Assembly: GCA_019636655.1 (NCBI GenBank) | Contig: JAHBXB010000002.1 | Coordinates: 72,537-136,536, forward strand | DNA length: 64,000 bases | Reading direction: 5' to 3' | Source: Phycisphaeraceae bacterium | Lineage (GTDB): Bacteria > Planctomycetota > Phycisphaerae > Phycisphaerales > UBA1924 | In this document: positions 26,122 through 36,542 of the stretch, piece by piece | Layout of the letters: each line of letters begins with the position of its first letter | Numbering within the stretch: the stretch's first letter is position 1 | The notes under the pieces: model-generated | What the model was told of the DNA's origin: nothing | The model's input: the letters and a program-made list of their open reading frames with translations, nothing else | The model's database searches: none | Position numbers and translations under genes: made by a program

Positions 26122-28733
26122 TGGTGGCCTCCGTGCGAAGATGCAGAAAGGGTGGCGCCCGCGCGGGCCGGGCGGGCGCCGTTGCGGGACTGGACGGCGC
26201 TGCGGGCTGGCATCCCCGCGGCAAGGGCGGCCTGGAGCTTCTTCTTGCGCCGCTTGAGGATCCAGGGCTTGACGTAGAACGCCCACGGGATGCCGACGGA
26301 CATCATGACGGCGCCCGCGGCGATGACGTAGATGCCGGGGTTGTTCCCGACCCCCAGGATCGTGAACCTCGCATAGGGTCGCGCGAGCTGGCCCTGCTCA
26401 ACGAGCCGGGTGGTGTTGGTCCAGCCCGACTGGTCCCACCCGACTTGGCTGAACTTGTACTGCAGCGGGCTGAAGCGGATCATCGTCCAGTCCAGCGCGT
26501 TGCCGATCCACGACCGCTTGGGCGACCAGAAGAAGGGGCTGGTCTTGAGCGGGTTGTTCAGGCTTGTGGACTCGGTGGTGATCGTGTTCGCACCGCGCCA
26601 CTGGTGCCGAGCGATCAGGTCGGACTTGTAGTCACGCGGGGTGTCGCTGTGGGGGTATGGAATCATCTCGAACGCCGCGAGTTGCAGCGACAGGCCGGGG
26701 AGCTCGTAGCGGCGGCGGCCGAAGACCAGCGTGAGCGGGCGTCCGTCAGGGAGCGTGATCCGCCGCTCGGTGCTCGTGTCGATGCCGAGGTACATCGTGA
26801 AGGGAACCCACACGGTCCGCGACCAGCCGGTGGCCGTTTCACGCACGCGGACGGCGATCGCCGCGGACCTGCGGGATCCGATCGAGTCGCGCTCTCGCTC
26901 GGAATCCGGCACGACGGTGGGCGTCTCGACGCTGACGGCCCGTGCGTAGCGCTCGCCGAGCTTGAGCGAGAGCAGCGGGGCAACGGGGATGAGGCTGCCG
27001 GTCTTGAGGCTGTCGACGACGTTGGGAGCGGGCGACCACGGCGCGCGGATCACGGCGCGGACGACCGGGTCGTTGCCGTCGCCCGGGGTGGCCGCGACCG
27101 CGGTCTCCTCGATGTGCACTCTGAGGCGCGTCGCGTCGATGTAGGAGAGGCGGATCGCGGGGTCCGGATCGCGCCGCTTCGGCATGCCGCGATCGTTGGT
27201 CTCGTCGAGCATGTCCTGGGAGATCTCCGGGAAGCGGCTGTAGACCCAGCGGGAGAAGGACGGACCATCGGGGGGCGTGACACGAACGATCGCGACGCTC
27301 GAGGCCGCGTTCTCGTAGCCGGGGGTGATGATCGGGAAGGGCGGCTGGGGCAGGAGTTGCTGCACCTCGAGCCCGTAGCCCGCGACTGACGCCTTCGCGC
27401 CGGGCTCGATGGGGATGACCTGGCGTGCGCCCGAGCCGGGAACCTCGACGATCAGGGCGTGGGCGGCGCCGGGCGGCGTTGGGGTGGTGAGGTCACGCCA
27501 GCGCGACTCGCTGGACTCGCGGGTGTACTCGATGCTCGCCGCATCGGAGAGCGTCGAGTACCGCATCGCGGGCTGGACAGGAAGGAACCGGAACTCGCCG
27601 ATGTGACGCGGTGTGGTCGTGCCGGTGGCCTCATCGGGGATGGTGCTGATCAGCTCGATCAAGCGCAGCGGGTTGGGCGCATCGGTGGGGAGCGACGCCC
27701 ACGGGGCCTTCTCCGCGGCGACGTAGTCGCGCTGGAGGTTGGCGTACGAAGCGAACCCGACGATCGACACGTCGAACCCGGCGGGAAGCGCCGAATCGCC
27801 CGCGGCAAGCGTTGGCGGCGTCTCGAGCAGGATCTCGAGCGAGCGGCCCCGGTCGGTGGAGCGGGCGGCCTCGTTTGGAGACATCGTGCCCAGTACGTTG
27901 AGTGCGTAGTCGTTGTACCGCGGCAAACCGGGAACCGGCCGCTGCTCGTACCGGGCGCCGGAGGCAAGCCACAGGACGGCCTCCTCGCGGTCGTAGAACC
28001 CGTCCTCGATCTGGCCCGGTGTGGCACGGCCGGAATCGTCGGGCGGGCCCGCCCGCAGGAGCATGTCGCCCTCCTGCTTGGCCCCTTGGTAGAAGATACT
28101 GCCGAGCGCGATCGTGACGATCCCCGTGTGCACGGTCAGCACGCCGATGTTGGGGAAGATGAACTCGATGCGCCGGACGGTGGCGACCACCATGTTGACG
28201 ACGAACAGCAGGAGGACGACCCGCAGGGGCCACCACGCGTAGAACTCGAGTTCGCTCATCTCCATGCCGGGGATGCGGCGCAGCGTTGTGCTCCTGTACT
28301 GCTGGCAGAAGTCGGCAAAGAGCATCAGGCCGGTGCCGCTGCCGGGGTCGAATCTCAGGCGGGGCCAGAGGGCGGTTTGCCAGAGATAGACCGACGCGAC
28401 GGCCAGGCCGATCGCCGCGATGACCAGGACGGGGAACCGATGGGCCGGTCCGGCCCCGGCGATCGCGAGTCCGCGCCGGATGAGCAGGATCGGGAGACCG
28501 ACGCCAACAACTACAACCAGAGCGAACAACGCGATGATGATGAGGTAAGTCGGAATCTGGGCAAGCATGCCCACGGGCACGCTGGCGAGGGTGCCGTACA
28601 CCGCCACGAGGGAGAGGAGCACGACCGCCAGCGGGATGCTGCTCAGGGCGCGGAGCACAAACTTCACGGGCCAGAGGGCGCGCGGGATGTGCTCGTCGTC
28701 CCACTGCTTGCTACGCAACCACTTCTGGCTCAT
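26118..28733 (-). CDS. resB: Cytochrome c biogenesis protein ResB/Ccs1 (System II), unusually long at 871 aa
   Basis: The N-terminal ResB-like TM region (LRALSSIPLAVVLLSLVAVYGTLAS), a large soluble domain and a C-terminal TM segment. Positioned immediately upstream of ccsA. Confidence 0.8.
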   Translation of the reverse strand: MSQKWLRSKQWDDEHIPRALWPVKFVLRALSSIPLAVVLLSLVAVYGTLASVPVGMLAQIPTYLIIIALFALVVVVGVGLPILLIRRGLAIAGAGPAHRFPVLVIAAIGLAVASVYLWQTALWPRLRFDPGSGTGLMLFADFCQQYRSTTLRRIPGMEMSELEFYAWWPLRVVLLLFVVNMVVATVRRIEFIFPNIGVLTVHTGIVTIALGSIFYQGAKQEGDMLLRAGPPDDSGRATPGQIEDGFYDREEAVLWLASGARYEQRPVPGLPRYNDYALNVLGTMSPNEAARSTDRGRSLEILLETPPTLAAGDSALPAGFDVSIVGFASYANLQRDYVAAEKAPWASLPTDAPNPLRLIELISTIPDEATGTTTPRHIGEFRFLPVQPAMRYSTLSDAASIEYTRESSESRWRDLTTPTPPGAAHALIVEVPGSGARQVIPIEPGAKASVAGYGLEVQQLLPQPPFPIITPGYENAASSVAIVRVTPPDGPSFSRWVYSRFPEISQDMLDETNDRGMPKRRDPDPAIRLSYIDATRLRVHIEETAVAATPGDGNDPVVRAVIRAPWSPAPNVVDSLKTGSLIPVAPLLSLKLGERYARAVSVETPTVVPDSERERDSIGSRRSAAIAVRVRETATGWSRTVWVPFTMYLGIDTSTERRITLPDGRPLTLVFGRRRYELPGLSLQLAAFEMIPYPHSDTPRDYKSDLIARHQWRGANTITTESTSLNNPLKTSPFFWSPKRSWIGNALDWTMIRFSPLQYKFSQVGWDQSGWTNTTRLVEQGQLARPYARFTILGVGNNPGIYVIAAGAVMMSVGIPWAFYVKPWILKRRKKKLQAALAAGMPARSAVQSRNGARPARAGATLSASSHGGHQ

Positions 28734-30145
28734 CCGCGGCTCTCGGAGGTGATTGGAAGTACTATAGGATCGGAAAAAATGCCGTTGGACAGAAATTCTG
28801 GTGGCCCCACTGAGCCGGCCACCAACCTGTGGGGGTTCTGGAAGGAATCGTTACTCAAGTCCCCCACTTCCACGGCCAGCACGCCAGCGATCTGACGCGA
28901 GGTGTTGCTTCCTCCTATATGCAGATGGAAGGGCCCCGGATCGAGACCAAGGGCTTCGGCGGCATCAATCGTGGCCATTCGGAGCAGCGTCTTCGGGTCG
29001 GTCCCATCGCGCCGGTGCAGCAGTCGGACCTCGTCGAGAATACTGATGCCGTTGGATGCGACGTCGGCCTCGGGGAGGTTAACGATGGAATCGGTGCCGA
29101 GAACGACCCGGATGCCGGCCGCGAGCATGTCGCGGTAGCGGTGGGGCCCGAAGTGACGCTCGGCGCCGAAGTACTGCGATGCTCGAGGGCAGTAGACGAC
29201 TGTGGCCATCATCGCCGCGAGCCGGTCGATGTCGGCGTCGGCCGCGTCGTTGACATGGGCAAACAACGCCCCCTTCTCCCCCAACCATCCCTCCCCCCCC
29301 CACTCTTCGACCACGCGCCCGAGGTGCTGCACGGGGGAGAGGCCCTGTCCGAAGGCAGCCGCGGCGGAGTCGTTCCAGGCGCCGAGGCGTTCAAGGAGGT
29401 GGCGCTGAGGGCCCGTTGCCGCGGCGACGAGGGCGCGTTCCTCTGGGGTTTCCGCGAGGTGGGTTGAGAGGCGCAGGCTACGCCGGCGCGATTCGTCGAT
29501 CGCCCAGCGGTAGGCGGAGGGGGACACGGTGTTGGTTGCGTGGGGCTGGAGGCCGAGGGACATTCGGGGGGACGGGGAGTCGGACGACGCCTCGTCAAGG
29601 GCGGCGGCCGCGGCCGTCATGCCACGGGACTCGTGGGCGCCGAGGGCGAAAAACTCCAGGAAGGAAACCCCGGCGAGGGGCGAATCCCGGAGGGTGCGCC
29701 AGGGGACGAGCGAGGGGCGTCCCTGTGGGGCTCCGGCGATGTCGCCGATGGCGGCGGTGCCCCCCTTGAGGGCGAGCGAGATGCCCTGGCGGACTGAAGC
29801 GGCGATTTCCGTGTCGGTCGTAGCCCGGCCGGCGCGGATCATGTCAATCCAGGGAACAAACCCGCCCCCGGAGGCAGGGTCGGGGTCGAAGGGTCGCGGG
29901 CCGAGGTGGGTCAGGTCGAGGTGGGCGTGGGCGTTGACGAGGGCGGGGATGAGGATCGAACGGGGGCGGCTGATCACGGACGCGGAGGCCGCGAGGGGGT
30001 GTTGGTTGATGTCGGTTGTGCGCCCGCACGCCAGCAGGAGCAGGCGGGGCCCATCGAACCGCAGCAGAATCGAGGCGCCGGGGCCGAGGCCGGCGTGCGC
30101 ATCGGCAGTTCCTGCGGCATCAACCCGGATGACGGGCGGATTCAT
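28730..30145 (-). CDS. Amidohydrolase-superfamily metal-dependent hydrolase (deaminase/chlorohydrolase-like)
   Basis: LVNAHAHLDLTHL (HxH metal site), THLAE, GTDS. ATGA overlap with the resB start. Confidence 0.8.
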   Translation of the reverse strand: MNPPVIRVDAAGTADAHAGLGPGASILLRFDGPRLLLLACGRTTDINQHPLAASASVISRPRSILIPALVNAHAHLDLTHLGPRPFDPDPASGGGFVPWIDMIRAGRATTDTEIAASVRQGISLALKGGTAAIGDIAGAPQGRPSLVPWRTLRDSPLAGVSFLEFFALGAHESRGMTAAAAALDEASSDSPSPRMSLGLQPHATNTVSPSAYRWAIDESRRRSLRLSTHLAETPEERALVAAATGPQRHLLERLGAWNDSAAAAFGQGLSPVQHLGRVVEEWGGEGWLGEKGALFAHVNDAADADIDRLAAMMATVVYCPRASQYFGAERHFGPHRYRDMLAAGIRVVLGTDSIVNLPEADVASNGISILDEVRLLHRRDGTDPKTLLRMATIDAAEALGLDPGPFHLHIGGSNTSRQIAGVLAVEVGDLSNDSFQNPHRLVAGSVGPPEFLSNGIFSDPIVLPITSESRG

Positions 30146-30269
30146 GGAGGGTCGCGGGGCCTCCCGATAGTGTGAGTTGCGCGGGACACGGACGCGACTT
30201 GAGGATATGCTGGGGCCCGCGGCGTCCGGGACGCCGGGGAAAAGGCTGGTTCACACAAGGGAGTATGCG

Positions 30270-31157
30270 ATGAGCAGGATCGGAACGGACGGAGCCGTGG
30301 GACGTTTGGCGGGGTTCTTCGGGGTGCGGACCCTGGTTGTTGCCGTGGCGACCGTGGTCGTCGGCGGCGGGCTTGGGGGCTGCAACCAGCGGACCAACGA
30401 GATCGTTGAAGAGAACCGGGCGCTGAAGGACCGCAACGGCGTTCTCCAGCAGGAGAACGAGACGCTGCAGGCGGCGAACGCATCGCTGCAGGCGGCCGTC
30501 GACAGCCGCGATACGACGCTCAACGAGTTCCGGGCGTTTATCGAGAAGCTCAAGCGCGAGAACGCGAACCTCGCGGCCTCCATGGCGGACTTTGACAGCC
30601 GGCTGGCGGGGATCAAGTTCGGCCAGCTCGATGCGGCGACGGACCAGGCGCTGCAGAACCTCGCGGCGCAGTACCCCGACCTGATCTCGTATGACGCGAA
30701 CCGCGGCGTGGTGCGGTTCTCCAGCGACCTGACGTTCGCCTCGGGCTCGGACCAGGTGACGGATGCGGGCCGCAACTCGCTGCAGGCGCTGGCGAAGATC
30801 CTCGCGAGCGGCCCGGCCGCGGCGTACGACGTCCGCGTGGTCGGCCACACGGATTCGCAGCGGGTGCGGCAGGTGCCCGGGCGGTCGTTCAAGGACAACT
30901 GGGAACTCTCGGCGTTCCGCTCGATCAGCGTGATGCGCGAGATCACGAAGATGGGCGTGGTGAACGAGCGGGTCGAGATCGCCGGGCGAGGCGAGTGGAT
31001 GCCTCAGGTCGCCAACTCGGCCAGCGGCAACACCCCGCAGAACCGCCGCGTGGAGCTGTTCCTGGTCCGCGGTAACGGCACGGCGCAGGCCCGGGCCAAC
31101 CCGTCGTCGCCGGCTCCCTCGCCCGCGAAGGCGAGCGCCGAGGACATCATGAAGTAA
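30270..31157 (+). CDS. OmpA/MotB-family lipoprotein with an N-terminal coiled coil
   Basis: AAGGGAG SD before the ATG at 30270. Lipobox GLGGC. OmpA_C-like region FASGSD...VVGHTDS...NWELSAFRS...NRRVELFLV. Confidence 0.85.
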   Translation: MSRIGTDGAVGRLAGFFGVRTLVVAVATVVVGGGLGGCNQRTNEIVEENRALKDRNGVLQQENETLQAANASLQAAVDSRDTTLNEFRAFIEKLKRENANLAASMADFDSRLAGIKFGQLDAATDQALQNLAAQYPDLISYDANRGVVRFSSDLTFASGSDQVTDAGRNSLQALAKILASGPAAAYDVRVVGHTDSQRVRQVPGRSFKDNWELSAFRSISVMREITKMGVVNERVEIAGRGEWMPQVANSASGNTPQNRRVELFLVRGNGTAQARANPSSPAPSPAKASAEDIMK

Positions 31158-31204
31158 ATCCGATGAAGTAATCCCGCCGCGTTGCGGCGTTGATCGGTCC
31201 TTTG

Positions 31205-31241
31205 AGGACGCCCCGGTCTGTGCCGGGGCGTTCTTCTTTTT
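31205..31241 (+). terminator. Rho-independent terminator of the OmpA-family gene
   Basis: Stem ACGCCCCGG/CCGGGGCGT (extendable), loop TCTGTG, followed by TTCTTCTTTTT. Confidence 0.75.
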
Positions 31242-31253
31242 GCGGATTTGCCG

Positions 31254-32114
31254 CTACGCGCCGGGGCGAATGCGGCTCGGGGCGAACGCCATGCCCGCTC
31301 CCGCGAGCATGCCGAGGATGCTGAAGCCGGCGACCGGGGCGGTCCAGCCGAGCACGCTGAAGTGGAACGCGGTGTGCTTGAAGCGGTAGGCGGGGACTTG
31401 GAGCTTGGGGATCGCGTGCAGGGCGACTTCCCACTCGAAGGACTGCTCCTTGAGTTCCGGGAACTCGCGGATGGACTCGGGAAGGCGGTCGATTTTTCGT
31501 TGTTCCGCCGCGAGACGGGCCTGCTCGACCTGGGCTTGATCCCCCTCGAGTTCGGCCTGGGCCGCGGCGAGGTTGGCCCGGGTTTCCGGGAGCGGGAAGC
31601 GGTAGTGCGAGGTGGAGATGGCGCCGTCGGGCATGAACTCGTGGAAGGCAAAGGACCACTCCTTGCGGCGCACGGTGCCCCAGGTGGAGGGGTCGAAGCC
31701 CTCGGGGGGGAGGCGGGTCACAAGGATGATGCGGACGTCATCGGAAGTGAGGGAGTCGGCGGGTGTGCCGTCGCGTGAGACGGGGATGCACCAGACGACG
31801 GCGAGCCACTCCCCGTAGCCGTCGAGGGTGGGCATGTTCTCGGCGCCGGGGGCGCGGACCGGGGCGTGGAGTTCCTGGTCGCCGTACCGGATGCGGAGGG
31901 CAGGGCGGCCGTCGGGGTCGGTCGCATCGGTGAGGGAGACGTCGCGGCCGTGGGCCGTGTACGTTCGTGCGGTGATGGTGTCCTTCTTGTAGCGCTGCTG
32001 CGTCTGCGAGCGGTTGAAGGCGACGATGCGGGGGACCATCACGCTCAGGCTGGCACCGAGCGCGACCGCCGAAGCGGCGAGCAGGATTGCGCCGTTTCGT
32101 CGGGTGCGGTCCAT
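31254..32114 (-). CDS. Hypothetical 2-TM protein (N- and C-terminal anchors, central domain with a coiled-coil stretch); last gene of the ACIII-cox cluster
   Basis: GGAGG lies 10 nt upstream of the ATG at 32114, 41 nt after the subunit IV stop. N-terminal TM ILLAASAVALGASLSVMV and C-terminal TM VAGFSILGMLAGAGMAF. Confidence 0.6.
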   Translation of the reverse strand: MDRTRRNGAILLAASAVALGASLSVMVPRIVAFNRSQTQQRYKKDTITARTYTAHGRDVSLTDATDPDGRPALRIRYGDQELHAPVRAPGAENMPTLDGYGEWLAVVWCIPVSRDGTPADSLTSDDVRIILVTRLPPEGFDPSTWGTVRRKEWSFAFHEFMPDGAISTSHYRFPLPETRANLAAAQAELEGDQAQVEQARLAAEQRKIDRLPESIREFPELKEQSFEWEVALHAIPKLQVPAYRFKHTAFHFSVLGWTAPVAGFSILGMLAGAGMAFAPSRIRPGA

Positions 32115-32155
32115 CGGCAGTGTTCCTCCCACCCCCCGCGGTTACCTCACTCTAT

Positions 32156-32782
32156 TCAGTGGCCGCCTGCGGCTGGCTGGGCGTGGTGCTCGTCGGCGTG
32201 GCCGGGGTCGGCAAAGCCGGGGAGCGTGAGGCCGGTCACGGGGCGGCTGCGGTTGGCGTTGCTGAACTCGCGGTGCTCGGCGTGGAGCGGCTGGAGGAGC
32301 GGGCTCTTGTCGATGATCGCCTTCTCGCGCGCGGTCTTCGTAATAGGCCCGCCGCCGGCGAGGCCTGTTCCTCCGGGGACGACGTACACGGCCTTGCTGC
32401 GCTGGGTGCTGCCGCGGCCGCCGATGTCGGCCATGGTGAAGCCGAAGAAGGTCAGGACGCAGACGATGGTAAAGAGGAACACCATGGTGTTGAGCGGGTT
32501 GTCGTAGCGGAGCTGCATGAAGAAGCCGACGACAAAGGCGGTCTTGATGGTGGCGATGCTGAGGGCGATGAGCACGTTGACCCAGCCCTTGACCTCGATG
32601 CCGAAGGCCTGCGAGTAGAGCATCTCGAGCTTGGCGGCGCCGACGGTCAGCCCGGTGAGGGCGAGGAGCGCGATGAAGACGGCCAGCAGCGTGCTGGCCG
32701 GGAGGATGAAGTGGCCGTGGTGCGCGTGCGGGTTGTCGTGGATCGGCTCGTAGGGGTCGTGGGCGGGGACGGGGTGGGACAT
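32156..32782 (-). CDS. Cytochrome c oxidase subunit IV (prokaryotic caa3-type) with a long C-terminal extension
   Basis: A His-rich N-terminus, then 3 TM helices (LIALSIATIKTAFVVGFFMQL...) typical of bacterial CoxIV. Sits immediately downstream of ctaE. Confidence 0.7.
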   Translation of the reverse strand: MSHPVPAHDPYEPIHDNPHAHHGHFILPASTLLAVFIALLALTGLTVGAAKLEMLYSQAFGIEVKGWVNVLIALSIATIKTAFVVGFFMQLRYDNPLNTMVFLFTIVCVLTFFGFTMADIGGRGSTQRSKAVYVVPGGTGLAGGGPITKTAREKAIIDKSPLLQPLHAEHREFSNANRSRPVTGLTLPGFADPGHADEHHAQPAAGGH

Positions 32783-32861
32783 GGGAACCTCGTGATGCTC
32801 GGGCGTGTGCTCGGGATCGCGGATCGGTCGGGGCGGGAGGACTGGAGGAGGCGGGCGGGGG

Positions 32862-33554
32862 TCAGTGGATCAGGTAGAGGAGGGGGAAGAGGAAGATCCA
32901 CACGATGTCGACGATGTGCCAGTAGAGACCGACGCCCTCGACGGCGGTGTAGTGCTTGGGTCCGAACGCGCCGCGGGCGGAGAGCCAGTAGAGCCAGATG
33001 AACAGGCCGATGCCGACCACGACGTGGGTCGCGTGGATGCCCGTGGCGCCCCAGTAGATGCCCCACCAGAGGGGCTCGTTGGGGTCGTGGGCGTTGGGGT
33101 AGGAGAAGAACTTGCCGGGGAGTTTGCCCTGGGCGAACTTGGGGCCGTACTCGAAGACGAACTTGATGACGAGGAAGGCCAGGCCGCAGATGAGGGTGAT
33201 GATGATGTTGAGCTTGAGGGACTTGATGCGGCCGAGCTGGGCGGCACGGACGGCGCAGGCGACGGTGTAGGAAGAGAACAGGAGGACGACGGTGTTGAGC
33301 AGACCCCAGCCGACGTCGAGGTAGTGCGAGCCGTTGATGAACGCCTCGGGGTGGAGCATACGGAGGAGGCCGTAGCCGACGAACATGCCGGAGAAGAGGA
33401 GGATCTCGGTGGCGAGGAAGAGCCAGACCCCCATCTTGACGGAGTCGAACTCGTGATCGCGATCGCGGTAGTGCTCCGCCGCGCGGTAGCGCTCGGATCG
33501 CGGGAGCGACGGGTCGTCGGGCGGGATGGAGCGGCCGAGGTCGATGGTTGCCAT
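32862..33554 (-). CDS. ctaE: Cytochrome c oxidase subunit III
   Basis: KMGVWLFLATEILLFSGMF..., YWHIVDIVWIFLFPLLYL. Confidence 0.92.
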   Translation of the reverse strand: MATIDLGRSIPPDDPSLPRSERYRAAEHYRDRDHEFDSVKMGVWLFLATEILLFSGMFVGYGLLRMLHPEAFINGSHYLDVGWGLLNTVVLLFSSYTVACAVRAAQLGRIKSLKLNIIITLICGLAFLVIKFVFEYGPKFAQGKLPGKFFSYPNAHDPNEPLWWGIYWGATGIHATHVVVGIGLFIWLYWLSARGAFGPKHYTAVEGVGLYWHIVDIVWIFLFPLLYLIH

Positions 33555-33602
33555 GATGGGGGGCTCGTCTCGCGGTCGGGGGTCAGCGCGGGAGGACTGG
33601 GA

Positions 33603-35399
33603 TCAGTGAAGGTTGCCGGAGGCCGGGGCGGGCATGGGGAACTCGCCGGGCTTGGTCTGGGCGGGGTAGACAGTGTCGTAGTCGTACGGGCCGTGGGTTA
33701 CCACGGGCTCGTGGTGGAAGTTGTGGGTGATGGGCGGGCTGGCGGTGTGCGTCCACTCGAGGGTGAGGGAGCCCCAGGGATTCGGCTTGGCCTTGGAGCC
33801 GGCGACGAGCGAGTGGATGAAGACGATCAGGTGCACGAACAGGCCCGAGGCGAGGATGAACGCGCCGTAGGTACTGGCACGGTGGAGCGCGGCGAACTCG
33901 GGGTGGGAGATGACGTCGTAGGTGGCGTAACGGCGGGGCATGCCCAGGGTGCCGAGGATGAACTGGGGGAGAAAGGTACCGTTGAACCCGATGAAGACGA
34001 GCCAGAAGCCGACCTTGGCCCAGAACTCGGAGTAGTTGACGCCAAACATCTTGGGCCACCAGTGGTGGAGGCCGCCGATGAAGGCGATGATCGTGCCGCC
34101 CATCATGACGTAGTGGAAGTGGGCGACGATGAAGTACGTGTCGGTCAGGTGCAGGTCGGTGGAGAGGGCGCCCAGGAACAGGCCGGTGAGCCCGCCGATG
34201 GAGAAGAGGAAGAGGAAGCCCAGGGCGTACATCATCGGGGTCGTGAGCGCGATGGAGCCCTTGTAGAGCGTCGCGGTCCAGTTGAAGACCTTGACGGCGG
34301 TGGGGATGGCGACGAGGAAGGTGAGGGCGGAGAAGATCACGGCGCCCACCTCGGACTCGGAGGCGAAGAGGTGGTGGCCCCAGACGATGAAGGAGATGCC
34401 GGCGATCGCGAGCGACGAGAAGGCGACGGCGCGGTAGCCGAAGATGGGCTTTCGGGCGTGGGTGGCGATGACCTCCGAGATGATGGCCATGCCCGGGAGG
34501 ATCATGACGTAGACGACCGGGTGGGAGTAGAACCAGAAGAAGTGCTGGAAGAGGATCGGATCGCCGCCCATGCGGGGGTCGAAGATGCCGATGTGGAACA
34601 GGCGCTCGAAGATGAGCAGCAGGAGGGTGATGCCGATGACGGGGGTGGCGAGGACCTGGATGATGGCGGTCGCGTACATGCCCCAGACGAACAGGGGCAT
34701 GTCGAACCAGCCCATGCCGGGGGCCCGCAGCTTGTGGACGGTGACGACGAAGTTCAGACCGGTGAAGATGGAGGAGAAGCCGAGGACGAACGCGGCGGTG
34801 ATCATGAGCACCACGCGGATGTGCTGCTCGTCGGTCATGGTGGAATAGGGCGTGTAGAACGTCCAGCCGGTGTCGACGCCGAGCATGAGGACCGAGGCGA
34901 TGGCGAAGAACGAGCCGGCGAGGTAGACGTACCACGACAGGAGGTTGAGCCGGGGGAAGGCGACGTCCTTGGCGCCGATCATGATCGGGAGCAGGAAGTT
35001 GCCCAGCGACGCGGGGACGCTCGGGACGATGACCAGGAAGACCATGATCAGGCCGTGGAGCGTGAAGACGCGGTTGTAGGCGTTGTTGCTCTCGGCGAGG
35101 GTGGTGAAGCCCAGGAGGTGGCCGAGCCAGTTGCCGCTGAGGACCTTGTCGCCGTTCTGCTGGACGATCTCCACGGTGGGCGCGAAGAGCTCGATGCGGA
35201 TGGCGAGGGCCGCGATGCCGCCGAGCAGGAACATGAACAGGACGGCGACGAGGTACATCACGCCGATCTTCTTGTGGTCGATCGTGGTCGCCCAGTCCCA
35301 GATGACCGAGCCGTACCCGCCCTTGGGGGCGAGGTAGGACTCATCGTGCCCGTGGTCGTGCGGGAGGGCGTGTCCCTTGCTGCCTGAAATCGTTGCCAT
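33603..35399 (-). CDS. ctaD: Cytochrome c oxidase subunit I (heme-copper oxidase)
   Basis: [47 protein letters not shown]. Confidence 0.97.
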   Translation of the reverse strand: MATISGSKGHALPHDHGHDESYLAPKGGYGSVIWDWATTIDHKKIGVMYLVAVLFMFLLGGIAALAIRIELFAPTVEIVQQNGDKVLSGNWLGHLLGFTTLAESNNAYNRVFTLHGLIMVFLVIVPSVPASLGNFLLPIMIGAKDVAFPRLNLLSWYVYLAGSFFAIASVLMLGVDTGWTFYTPYSTMTDEQHIRVVLMITAAFVLGFSSIFTGLNFVVTVHKLRAPGMGWFDMPLFVWGMYATAIIQVLATPVIGITLLLLIFERLFHIGIFDPRMGGDPILFQHFFWFYSHPVVYVMILPGMAIISEVIATHARKPIFGYRAVAFSSLAIAGISFIVWGHHLFASESEVGAVIFSALTFLVAIPTAVKVFNWTATLYKGSIALTTPMMYALGFLFLFSIGGLTGLFLGALSTDLHLTDTYFIVAHFHYVMMGGTIIAFIGGLHHWWPKMFGVNYSEFWAKVGFWLVFIGFNGTFLPQFILGTLGMPRRYATYDVISHPEFAALHRASTYGAFILASGLFVHLIVFIHSLVAGSKAKPNPWGSLTLEWTHTASPPITHNFHHEPVVTHGPYDYDTVYPAQTKPGEFPMPAPASGNLH

Positions 35400-35444
35400 A
35401 GCTTGAACCTCCGCCTGGGGCGGTGACTGACTGCTGCGTGAGGG

Positions 35445-36542
35445 CTACTTCTTCTCGGCGGACTGGTCCCCGATGGCGGGGTTGAATCCCTGCGGGGACT
35501 TGTCGGACATCTCGGGGGACTTGAGGAAGCAGATGATCGCGTCGATCTGCTCCTGGGTGATGAGGCCCTGGTAGGAGTTCATGTTGGGCCCGAACCCCTG
35601 GACGATCCTGGCCTTGGGGTCGAGGATCGACTCGCGGACGTAGTTGGCGAACTTGACGGGATCGAGCGAGTCCGCGGCGGAGAGCTTCGAGCCGTCCGTG
35701 AACTCGACCTCGTGGCCGTACATGTTCTTCCAGGTCGGGCCCGTTCCGGCCTTGCCATCGAGGGAGTGGCAGGCGATGCACCCCTTGGACCGGTAGAGGT
35801 ACCGGCCCCACTCGACGCAGTCATCGAACTTCTTCTCGGTGGCCTTCCAGGTATCGAACTCCGCCGCGGGCATGACGCGGATCCACGCGGCCATTTCGGA
35901 GTGGTCGGTGCCGCAGTACTCGGCGCAGAAGACCTCGTTGTCCTCGATGCGCTCGGCGGTGAACCACATGCTGGTGTAGCGGTTGGGGATGACGTCGAAC
36001 TTGGTCCTCATCGCGGGGACGAAGAACGAGTGGATGACGTCCGAGCTGGTCATGATGAACCGGACGGGACGCCCCGCGGGGACGGGGATGACCACCGATT
36101 CCTTGTTGCCGGTCTTCTTGAAGTCCGTCGGCTCTTTGCCGTTGGAGTAGGTGGCGGTCCAGTTCCACTGCTGGCCGTTGAGGCGGATCTCCTCGGCGTT
36201 GCCGGGGGCGACGGCCTTGCGGACGTAGCCGTTGAAGCCCCAGAAGAAGATGACGACCATGACCAGGAGCGGGACGATGGACCACGCGAGTTCGAGGGCG
36301 GTGTTGTGCTGGACGCTGACCTGGTAGCCGCCGGCGGTCCCGGGTCCGGGGCGGCGGCGGTACTTGACGACAAACAGCAGCATGAGGCCGATCACCACGA
36401 CGAAGGAGATCAGCGACACCCAGACGATGAAGACGTAGAGGTTGTCGGTGTCGGCACCAAGGGCGGAGTTCGGCGTGTACTGCCTGAACCAGATCCGGTG
36501 CATCCAATCTTGCGCGAGCGTGAACATCAGCGGCGTCCTCAT
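35445..36542 (-). CDS. ctaC: Cytochrome c oxidase subunit II with a fused C-terminal cytochrome c domain (caa3 type)
   Basis: CuA site CAEYCGTDHSEM. Heme c site CIACHS. Two N-terminal TM helices. Confidence 0.93.
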   Translation of the reverse strand: MRTPLMFTLAQDWMHRIWFRQYTPNSALGADTDNLYVFIVWVSLISFVVVIGLMLLFVVKYRRRPGPGTAGGYQVSVQHNTALELAWSIVPLLVMVVIFFWGFNGYVRKAVAPGNAEEIRLNGQQWNWTATYSNGKEPTDFKKTGNKESVVIPVPAGRPVRFIMTSSDVIHSFFVPAMRTKFDVIPNRYTSMWFTAERIEDNEVFCAEYCGTDHSEMAAWIRVMPAAEFDTWKATEKKFDDCVEWGRYLYRSKGCIACHSLDGKAGTGPTWKNMYGHEVEFTDGSKLSAADSLDPVKFANYVRESILDPKARIVQGFGPNMNSYQGLITQEQIDAIICFLKSPEMSDKSPQGFNPAIGDQSAEKK

